A stretch of 64,000 nt of DNA from Oculina patagonica (taxonomy: Eukaryota): contig NC_135760.1 of NCBI RefSeq assembly GCF_052425735.1, forward strand, positions 29,388,001 through 29,452,000, given 5' to 3'. The position numbers and the translations under genes were made by a program. The notes beneath the pieces are model-generated. The model saw nothing but the letters and a program-made list of their open reading frames with translations, made no database searches and was not told the DNA's origin. The number at the start of each line of letters is the position of its first letter. Position 1 is the stretch's first letter. Below, piece after piece: positions 26,255 through 37,200 of the stretch.

Positions 26255-27130
26255 CTGTATAGCAACCAACTGTTTGGCCATTTACGCAGATGATAAACAG
26301 AAGCATTTATTGTAACTAGGCAAGCAATCGAAATTTCACTGATATTTTTGATGTTGCCAGTAACATTTCGTTATATTAAGCTGCGCCTTTTGCTTTTATC
26401 ACACAGCAACGAACTATTTAATTACTTACGCAAGAAAATAAACAAAAAAACATTAACTGTAACTAAGCAATCAATCGAAATTTCAGTAATATTTTGTTGC
26501 TAACGTCAGTAACATTTCGTCACTTTTTAGGCTGCGCCCTTTACTTTGACCACATAGCAACCAACTATTTAATTACTTACGCAAGGAAATAAGCAAAAAA
26601 TATTAACCGTTACTAAGCAATCAGTCGAAACTTCTGAATGTTTTTTTATTGACGTCAGTAACTTCTCGTTACTTTGGGCTTCGCCTTTTGCTTAAACCCC
26701 TGGAAACCAACTATTTAATTACATAAAAGAAAAAACATTTACCGTCACCAGGTAATCTAACTGTAACTAAGCATCCAGTCGAATTAATTTTCAGAAATAT
26801 TTTGTTACTGACGTCAGTTACATTTCTTTTTTTAAGGCCGCGCTTTCTGCCTTTATCACATAGCAACGCAGTATTTACTTACTTACGCAAGAAAATAAAC
26901 AAAAAATATTTTCTGTAACTGAGCAGTCAGTCGAAATTTCAGCAATATTTTGTTGCTAACGTCAGTATCATTTCGTTACTTCAGGTTGCGCCTTTTGCCT
27001 TTACTACATAACAACGATTTCATTACTAAAGCAAGAAAATAAACGAAAAGCTTGTACTGTAATTAAGCAATCAGTCCAGATGCCAGTAACGTTTTGTTAC
27101 TGACGTCAATATTTTGTTACTTTGGGCCGT
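26255..27130. repeat. ~148-bp repeat array 3, ~6 units
   Basis: Repeated catagcaaccaactatttaattacttacgcaag / tgacgtcagt units. Confidence 0.9.
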
Positions 27131-28315
27131 GTGGATAGAAAAATATAATTTCTTCCAACACTTTTTTGTTTAATCTAATGTATGGCGTCTTAGTATTGTA
27201 TAACTTCCAGCGGTGAATATAAGAATGGGACATTCTTATTGGTCGAGAAGCTCGGTTTATGGCACTTTAGAATTCATCAATTATTTCTCTCGCGCGCGAT
27301 TGGTCTAAATCCGTCACGTGATGCAGCCAAACTGAAAATAACGAATTATATCCCTGTGATATTCCCCAGTTTTCGAACTTTGCGACTTTCGTTTGCACGT
27401 TTAGTTTTCAACCCGAGCTAACTGCTAAATGGAATTGACTTGAACATTTTGAACAGACTAACAATATTATGAACACCGACAGAATTTGACGTTTAAAACC
27501 TTTGAGAAAAGTTCTCCCAAAATGAGCAGCCATGTGTAAAAATAATTGAGGGATAATAAACAAAATAGCCTCCGTTTGGCGCGAAAATGTACACTAAATC
27601 CTCACTCGCTCAGTCACTCACTTATCCACCGACCTACCAACAATGTCGGGAATTTAAAACCTAAAATGTGCGCGGTTACGGCCGTTCTCGTACGTTGAGT
27701 CAAGATTTTTGTTTTCATAGGAATGCATTATCGAAAACCCCCGACATGGTTTGAGCATCAAAGGAATGTTTGTCTTTGACTTCGTGTCAGTAGCTACATA
27801 TGGGCAACGTCCATATAAATTCAAGCTTTTGTTGTTGTAACCTCGCTCGGTTGTTGTCACTAGGTACAGAATTAGCCTTGGGCACTTGGCTGAATTCAGA
27901 AATTCCTTGACCACAACAACACGTGTTGAACTGGCCGTGAATGCGCCACAGTAAAGTGTATCAAACTTATTTTAAAGACCGCAAGTATTCTTCTGATCAT
28001 TACTTAATTTTATTTTTTAAAATAAAATACTGCTGATACCAAATCAAGTTTTCAAAGCTAAGAGGCACCCGAAAAAGTTTCCATATTTCTCAGCAGTGTT
28101 AACCGAAGATTTAAATTTTTCCACTCTGTAATTAGAAAATAAAATATTTCAATTTATCAGAACACGAGGAACCTTGCTATGGCCTAATAAGGCCTTTGGG
28201 CCTAATTGTTAAGTTAATTTTTACATATAACATTCTAACATTTCTGTATATTTCTGTACATTTTCGGTTGACTATAACCAAATGAGCTAGCTATGTTTTT
28301 TTTAGTAATGTCTCA

Positions 28316-29164
28316 TTAGAATCGTTTCCTCAGAACACGGATGAACGTTAGGTGTTGTTGAGCTGGGTCTGTCTGGATACACAGTCCTATTCTTCTATCA
28401 GTACACTGTGGCAGCTCACTGGTGTCTTGCTGGAAAGCAAGACGGCGCTCTGGCATTACTTGATTCATAGCTGCAACTCGTCTGATTCTGGGTTTCATTT
28501 GATCATCTCTCGTCTTCTGTTGCTGATTGGTAGCGTTTTGATGCTTTACTGTGCTCGGTTTGTTGTCGCGTGGTTCAAATTGTTTTGGCACTGTTAGTTG
28601 TTTGAGGTGTCTGCCACTTGTTCCACTCTTCACTGTGGTTTTTCTTCGTCTTGTTCCAGGATCTGCCAGCGCGGGGGGTGCTAAGCACGGCCTGTGGATC
28701 ATACTGTCATCTTTCAACGCAATCCGTCCTCCACTTCTCTCGGTTTTCTCTTCAACATGGTTTGGACTCGCTACAGACTGTTTCGTTGTTACCCTCTTGG
28801 CTTGCTGAGGTTTTCGTTGTTGGCCTTGCGGGTTTGTACATTGTGAGACTTGACGCTGTGTAACTCTGTGGCAATGGACATCGCTCTGTTTCATCTTCTG
28901 GGGAAGAGCAACACGAACCAGCTTGCTTGGTGACCGTGACTGTCGGGTTTGTCGTTCATTAACTGGTGGCAAATGATTTGAATGCGTCTTGGAATTGTTG
29001 AAGGACAAAGGATTTTTATGGTCCATCTTGAACGGGGAATTGGAGGCACACTTCAGTGGTTCTTGCTCTTCATGTGGTGTTTCTTCGCCAAGGATGGGTC
29101 CATTTTTCCTTTGAAAAAATTCACATAACTCCATCATAGAGAGTGGTTTGGATTTTCGACTCAT
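28316..29164 (-). CDS. Orphan basic disordered protein, copy 3 (282 aa, intronless)
   Basis: Open ORF MSRKSKPLSMMELCEFFQRKN...FIRVLRKRF*. Confidence 0.55.
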   Translation of the reverse strand: MSRKSKPLSMMELCEFFQRKNGPILGEETPHEEQEPLKCASNSPFKMDHKNPLSFNNSKTHSNHLPPVNERQTRQSRSPSKLVRVALPQKMKQSDVHCHRVTQRQVSQCTNPQGQQRKPQQAKRVTTKQSVASPNHVEEKTERSGGRIALKDDSMIHRPCLAPPALADPGTRRRKTTVKSGTSGRHLKQLTVPKQFEPRDNKPSTVKHQNATNQQQKTRDDQMKPRIRRVAAMNQVMPERRLAFQQDTSELPQCTDRRIGLCIQTDPAQQHLTFIRVLRKRF

Positions 29165-29564
29165 TTTTCATATATTTGATATTCTCTGTTCAGTTTTGTC
29201 AAGAGTTTGTTAGTTCGTATGTGTCTTTATGTGCTCTTCATATGTTTTAGTTTGAACACAAGCACGTCATTTTCTTTCGTGAACGTCTCGCTTGTGACGT
29301 AAGATCTCAAACAACAACAACAACAACAACATTATTTTCCAAATATATATGTTTTTAGAACCTTTTCAGTTCAAACGTAAACAGTAGTTCAAACTTTCAC
29401 CCACGTACACATTTTATTGAATTCTCGGTGTTTTTTTTGCTGTGTAATTCTTTGCAGATCACATTTTTCTGATGTTTCTAACATTTCGTGGTGACGATGT
29501 TCATATATTTTTATATATTTTCGCTAATATTTTATGACGTGAGTCTTGTGTTTTCCTCTTAAAT

Positions 29565-29900
29565 CTTTACCGCAAAATAAACAGAAGCATTTATTGTATC
29601 TAGGCAAGCGATCGAAATTTTTCTGATGTTTTTGGTACTGACGTCAGTAACATTTCGTCACTTTTAATTTTAGGCTGCGCCCTTTACTTTGATCACATAG
29701 CAACCAACTATTTAATTACGTACGCAACAAAATAAACGAAAAATATTTTCTGTAACTAAGCAATTAGTCGAAACTTCTGAATGTTTTGTTATTGACGTCA
29801 GTAACTTCTCGTTACTTTGGTTTCGCCGTTCGCTTAAACCCCTGGAAACCAACTATTTAATTACAGAAAAGAAAAAAACATCTACCGTCACCAGGCAATC
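29565..29900. repeat. ~148-bp repeat array 4, ~2 units
   Basis: Same unit, with tgacgtca cores at ~29639 and ~29793. Confidence 0.85.
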
Positions 29901-30783
29901 AATCGTTTATTTAATCGCTCGATTTGCTAATTAATAATCGGTCGTATTTTTTTTTTACTCACTCACTGATCTATCCACCCACCCACCCACCCACCCGGAG
30001 TTTGTTCGTAGCACGAGTCAAGTTCGAGCCCGAGTCAGGTTCGAGTCACGAGTCAACTTCGAGTCAAGTTTTTTTTTGTTAATTTATGTTTTGGTCTTTT
30101 GGTTTTAATTGTGTTACATGCAAAATGTTGTACTAAAAAGACAGATGAGACGAAATGAAGACGAGACAGATGAAAATAAAGTGAACGCGTGGTACAATCG
30201 CTGAACTGGAGAACTGGGGACGACTCAGCCACAAATATTGTCAAACATTGTTTATTTCAAAAATCAGTTTCATTTGAAATTTTCCGCTTCCAATATAGGT
30301 CCAGATGAGAACCACTCTCGCTTCGAACATTATGTTTTCAAGACTGTTTTCTAGTAATTATATTGCACACGCATTGAGCAATTAGACCTCTGTGCGGAAA
30401 TCATCTGAATGTCAGACAGTAGAAAGTTATATTTAATATTTTTATTAGTTTGGAGTATTTCTATAATTATTCTAAAGTGTTATCTTTCACAAAAGGCAAA
30501 AACAACTAATATTTAGGTGTTTCCCTTACTGTAAGCTAAAAATGCTCGTGGAAAAAAAACCCATCAGTTTACTGGCAAAGAAACTAAAATCTCGCACTTT
30601 TTGAAGTAATTTGCCTCTTCAGAAATGACGTGTTTATTTGCATAACAATATTGAAAACCATTATGGCGGCGAAATATTGACTAGAGATTTCTGACTCGAC
30701 TTGCAACCCTCCTGATTTCTTATCTCTTTGCTTTCTTCGTCTGCTGCTGGATATAGTTAAGTTTCCTTTATAGTAACCATGTT

Positions 30784-31214
30784 TTAAGAACTCGCCAGCA
30801 TTCTCATGGCTTGGATTCGGATGCAAGCAAGAGATGAGAGACGACTGTCTGCAACAATCCTAGTCACGTGAGCTTCAAGATTATTACAATGTTCATCAAA
30901 GTTCATCCACAAACAGTCATCAGAAGCAAAGCCAGCTCGCGCTCTTGTGGAACGGTAATACGCCTGCACCAAATGTGACAATATCAACAGATACTGTTCG
31001 CATTTTTCAGCAGGGATATAATTGGTGGAGTGTCGACCTTTCCTTCCTAACACAGCCTGATATGATTCCTCGGACGGGCGGAGAGTTGTAACTTCGTTCT
31101 CCTTGTCACTCAACTGTAGTTCCATGGTTCGTAGAAACTCGTTCATTTCATTTTTTGCTGCTAAATCGATCGGTCTTTCTCCCCGGTCGTTTTTTGCTTC
31201 AAGTAGGGGTAAAC
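30784..31214 (-). CDS. SLF1: SLF1 terminal exon
   Basis: GLPLLEAKNDRGERPIDLA...RIQAMRMLASS*. Confidence 0.85.
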
Positions 31215-34200
31215 CTGTCAGAGATAAAAAACAGACAGAACAGTGTATAAAAACGTTGCAATACTTTTAAAACAAGTAGCACGAAGAAAAGTAGTGTGTG
31301 TATTTCCTCACACCGCAAAAGAATGTAAGCGACTGACCTCCTGCTCTGACCAGCAGCTCGACCACTTGTTGATGATTATTACCCACTGCATCATGTAAAG
31401 GTGTTGTTCCACACAGAGGAGCAGACAGTAAGTTCAACACCTCAGTCGTATCTGGCAACAAAACGATAAAAAAAAAACGTGAATTAGATGTTCGTTTGGC
31501 ATGTTAAATTTCATAAACCATTTGATATCAGTTTTGAGTGGAAGCTTTACAGATCTATGTCGAGACTCTTTTCTATTCCTCCATCAATGCTGATATGACT
31601 ATGGGGTTAATGAGGGTTAAGGGAAAAGTACGAACATGGAAGCATTTATTGTCGTGGAGTGTAGTGTCCCAACTAACCGTACCAAAGGATCGAAGTTGCT
31701 TTCTCAGCTTATCGCTCTGTAATTAAGCACTACTCTTCTTTAAAAAAACAGGCTACATGTGGTACTGTTTGTTTTTCGACACTGTGAAAAATATGGGCTC
31801 CCTTGGAGGTGAAGGAGTTTAAGTTAGTAGTACATACCATCTCCAGGTTTAATTTCATAGACAAGTTGCCTTGCCTTCAGCAGCTCCTGTACACAACCCA
31901 CGTATCCATGGTTACAGGCCTCGTGCAGTGCAGTCCATCCAGCATAGTCCTTCATGTTGGCGTCTGCACCTAACGCGAGCAGCTGTTTCACTTTAACTGT
32001 GTCATTCCTGATGCAACTTAACTGAAGATCAGTTTCGCCTGAGAGGGAATAACAAGGTTTACAAGACAACTTAAAAAAAAAGGTAAGATCATTACATTTC
32101 ATAAACAATAACGCCAGGTATCGTTTTGCTTTTTAAGTTATTCACCCATATCTACTTCTTAAAAGTACTAACACATCAAAAACGTATTTCTTTATATGAA
32201 TCCTTATAGGAGATTTACAATATGACTTTAGATTGAAAAAAAAAAAACCCGTAAAGGCTCTAGAAACCTTATCCGTTTCAATGCTTAGAAGATTTCTCAG
32301 TAGTGTTAAAATGACAATTATACTGCAATTCTTAGTGGATTGTTCGTGTTTGGTTTGTGGCTATTGAAGTAAGCTGCTGTTACATGGGAATCGGGTTCCA
32401 TCATCCTGACTCGGAAAGAAACAAATATTTAAGCATTCATTGGTATACCTTTCATATTTCGGCGATGGATCTGTTTTCTTAATTGGTTAGCATCCCTGAA
32501 AAACAAAAGTTGCAAACAAAATTGATAAGCGATAGAAAACTGATAAACCTGAAATAGTAACTGGACAACACATATTAGTATTAAAAAATTAACTGCCAAA
32601 GAGAATTTCGTGCGTGTTTACTTTTGTTAGGAGCGTGAAAACTCCTTGCGTTGTTTTCTCAGAACATATTTTCGGCTCTTCCTCGGTGTAAAACCTGTAA
32701 AACTAACCAATGACGTCAAACCAAGGTCGACCAAGACAACAAGAACCTCGAAACAATAAAGAGCAGGAAAACTATAGCTCTAAAACAAAAACAATTCACA
32801 GGTTTTTACACCGAGGTAAACCCATATTTTGGCTGATAGAGGGGCCTTCAAGGAGTTCATACACCTCTTAAGGAATTTCGAGCAATTTTCGTGCAATTTT
32901 CTTGAAATTCGGAGAACCCAAAACTGCTGAAACGATAACGGTTACGGCCATTCTTGTGCGTTAACTAATGACTTTTTCTCACAAGTTACAATATCAAGTA
33001 CACCCACACTCACCCACCTACTATTATTAGTACTTTTGTTCCTCAACTGAAATGAAGTACACAATTTTATTGGTATCGAATTGAATATCGTAAAACCTCG
33101 ACATACTTTTAGCGCAGTGCGTTTTCTTCCCCTCTCAGTTTTTTCTTCAGCATCATTTTGACGCGCTACAGACGGTTGGGCTGTTACCCTTTTGGCTTGC
33201 CGAGGTTTCAGCTTTTGGCCTTGCGGGTTTGTACATTGTGAGACTTGATGCTGTAGGTCCCTGTGGCAATGTACATCAGTTTGTTCCATTTGCTGGGGAA
33301 GAGCGACACGAACCAACTTGCGTCGTGGCCGTGACTGCCGGGTTTGTCGCTCATCAACTGGTGGCAAATGAGATGAATGCGTCTTGGAATTATTGAAGGA
33401 CGAAGGATTTTTATGGCCCTTCTTGAGCGGAGGTTTGAAAACATTCACATAACTCCATCATAGAGAGTGGTTTGGATTTTCGACTCATTTTTTTGGTACA
33501 ATTGATGTTCTCTGGTCAGTTATGTCAAGAGAGTAATAGTTGTAATGTGTTTTGGATGCTTCTTACAATCTTAGAACACAAACGCGTCATCTTCTTTAGT
33601 CAGAAGTTTCGTTTCTGACTAACTGAATAACATTGATGTAATGAATTTTTATTACCAGCGTCTTACTCACGCAAGAAAATAAACGAAAAATATTTACTGT
33701 AACTAAGCAATCGATTGAAATTTCAGAAACATTTTGTTACTGACGTCAGTAACATTTCGTTACTTTAGGCAGCGCCTTTTGCTTTTCCGCATAGCAACCA
33801 ACTATTTAATTACTTACGCAACAAAATAAACGGAAAACATTTACCGTTACTTAGCAATCAATTGAAATTTCTGTAATATTTTTAACTAACGTCAGTAACA
33901 TATCGTTAGTGTAGGTTTCGCTTTTCCCTGTAACCACATAGCAACCAACTATTTAATTACTTACGCAAGGAAATAAACAAATTTTTTTTACTGTAACTAG
34001 GCAATCAATTGAAATTTCTGTACTATTTTATAACTAACGTCAGTTACATCAGTTACGTTACTTTAAAAGGCGCGTTTACATGACAGAGAAAATTGGGTAC
34101 GGACCCGGACATGACCACTTTTGTAGAGAAACAGTCAATTCAAAACGGGTTCATAGGCGCCCTTTAGGCTACGCCTTTTGCTTTTCCCGCCTTGCAACTA

Positions 34201-37200
34201 ACTATTTAATTACTTACGCAAGAAATTAAACAAAAAAAAACATTAAACTGTATCTAAGCAGTCAGTCGACATTTCAGTAATATTTTGTTACTGACGTCTG
34301 CCGCACTTGTTGCTTTTCCCACATAGCAACCATTTATTTAATTACTTACGCAAGAAAATAAACAAAAAAAATTACTGTAACTAAGCAATCAGTCAAAATT
34401 TCATTAATATTTTGTTATTGACGTTTGTCAGTAACATTTCGTCACTTAAGGCCGCGCTTTTTTCTTTTCCCACATAGCAACCAATTATTTAATTACTTAC
34501 GAAAGAAAATAAACAAAAACATTCACTGTAACTAAGCAATCAGTCGAAATTTCAGTAATATTTTGTTCCTAACGTCAGTCAAGTAAGACTTTTTTACTTT
34601 AACGATTTTAGCTTTTACAAAAATATTTACTGTAACTACCTCATTATAGGAAAATAACGTTCCATGAAATTAACGAGAATTTTAAAAATTGTCGTTAATT
34701 TAAGTCGCGTTAATTTTTGTCAGCGTTAATTTCCTTGACATTAATTAGGTGAAGCGTTGATTTCCGCGACATTAATTTCCATCCTGTCCAGGCATAGTCG
34801 ACTTTCTCTTTTCTGCAAACTGTATTTACTTGTATTTCGATCTTTACGATATTTCCAGTTCATGCCTGCTTTCAGAAGGACAGTTGGACATCTAACACAT
34901 CCTCTTCCTATGTTTTCGGCAAAAAAGTTCAATGTTGAAATATAATTTGTTCTTATTGTCGCCAGAAACTGCGCTTCCTTGTGTTAATCGAGTTAATTAC
35001 TTCATTTTTAAAATTTACCTCCTCTTTCGCGTTAATTTCCTTTATTTAGAAGTACACTCTTTTTTTCTATAGGAATAATGTTTTTTTCTGGCCCAGGCTG
35101 AATATTCTTATTTTTCTGTCGATGTTAGGTTGAAAGTATTGTTATGAATATTCTTAGATTATAGCCTGTGTCATTTCTGTTTGTGCTATATACCATACAT
35201 ATGTATTACATATACCGTTCATCGAACTAGCATCGGAAGTAGTGAGGAAAGGACCGAATTAGCCGTTCCCATGGGCAGGAATTGGGCAGGAATAATTAAG
35301 TAGGTGACGTCATAGTGCGTAAGTGACGTCATCAAAAATGGGGCGTAAATGACGTCATAAAATGGGGTGCAATCTAAAAATAGAAAAATTACATCATCGG
35401 TTGTAATCTAAAAATAGAAAAATTACATCATCGGGTGTAATCTAAAAATTGAAAAATTACGTCATTAGGGTGTAATCTAAAAATAAAAATTACATCATAT
35501 CGGAGGGTAACCCCGCCTTGACCAATAGCCATAAAAGAAGCTGCTTGTAGTTCAGTCTATTCTCAGAGTTTACACCGTTCAGATCACAATGTACAGCAGT
35601 TATAATCAATTCTTTCAAGAGGGTTATGGAAATATCATATTACCCGATGACAGTGGAGATGAAAGCGATGATGAGAGCTCACAGGAAAGTGAACAGTCAT
35701 TTAGTCAAGATTCTCAATCGAGCGAAGAAATAGACTCTTCCCAAGAACAAATGGAGCATATAGATCCCTGGTCGCGCATTCAAGATGAAGTCACTAGTCG
35801 TCACGAAGCCAAGCTCGAAACTCTGATAAACGAGTATGAACAACATGGAGATGTGTCTGAAGTGGCCCGTGTTAAGGCTGAAAATGCTCTGCTACCAGTA
35901 TACAGGAAGGAGCTGAGAAAAGTTCTTTTGGAGTATTTACAGTGGATGCATGCAATGAAGAAAGATTCGACCTTCCGTAAAGTGATAGAGACCAAAAATG
36001 AATTGAAAGATACAGAGGGATATGATTGGTTAGAATCGACAGAACTCGCTATCGATAAGCGAAAATTCTTACTCAATCGGTTGTTTGTCAAACAAACTGT
36101 TCCCGAACACTAAGTGAACTGTGCCTGTTAATCTTTTCTGGTGACACCTCTGTCAATGTTTTTAATAATCAATAAACGTATTTTAAAAGAGAAAAAACCT
36201 GTTTGTTCCTTCTTGTGTCTCGCGGTGCGCAACTTGTCTATATAAACGCCTATAGATGCTAATTTCTTAAGCAAACTCCACCAAGTTTATACCGTAATTC
36301 GCTTAAATGCTCATACGCGTTCTCTACCGTTTGAATTAAGATAAAACCAAACATGTGAAACATAGGTTTACAAGTCAAAAAAGTTGTACATTGATCAAAT
36401 TTTTTTCACAAAATCGGTTCACTGAGCTGGTCTTACAATTTATTTTACTCGTAACTGCTCAATAACTCCATATTGCCAATGTAGTATTGCCGTATTGGCC
36501 GCTACGAATTTTTTGCTGTTTGTAATAATTGCTATTTGATTTTCTTGGTTGCTCTTTGTCACTCAACTGGTTAAATGATTTATTGATCTTATGAACTTAA
36601 CGTAATAAGAAATTTTGAAATGGAAAACTTTTAGAAAGTTTTGACAGTAAGAAAGTTTACTTTAAAGAAATGTAAATGAACTGTTGACAGGTTTGAGTGT
36701 GAATTTTTCGCTCCGATAATAACCCTTGGGAAAAGCATGTTAGTAATGCCTTTGTGTTAAGCGAAACCCCTAATTCTGGAAAAGTTTAATGAATTTTTAT
36801 GAAGTAAATAATAAGAGTTTTTTAAAGGAAATAAACTGAAGAAAATCACTTAATTTCCTCTTTTAATACACTGTTATTTATACAATAGCCGTTGACATTA
36901 CATTCTTTTAAACAAAGATTGCAAAAACAGACTTAAACCTATATGTCCGTGTCATCCAACAGCAAATGTTTATGCAAAAACATTACAGAGAAAGCCACCG
37001 TGGATGTTGAAGTGTTGTTATTTTAGACCGTTTGCTAGTCTTGTCTGTTTTTCGAATGCTTTTACTTCTGTTTTTCAATAAATCCTTTGATTTTCTTGGT
37101 GTGGATAACTGGTAGTTAATGTCAATGCCTTGTTGTTGAATAGACGGAGGTATGGTACACGCTTTAAGTTTTTGGCTGTTCTCAGTGTTTTGATAGATGA

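Noticed and set aside
18605-34640. 148-bp arrays with palindromic cores as CRISPR-like arrays
   Set aside because: The whole unit repeats with no unique spacers, there are no cas genes, and the context is eukaryotic.
34690-35010. Possible additional SLF1 exon
   Set aside because: No similarity to SLF1, and exons 12 and 13 already join in phase; looks like a repeat fragment.
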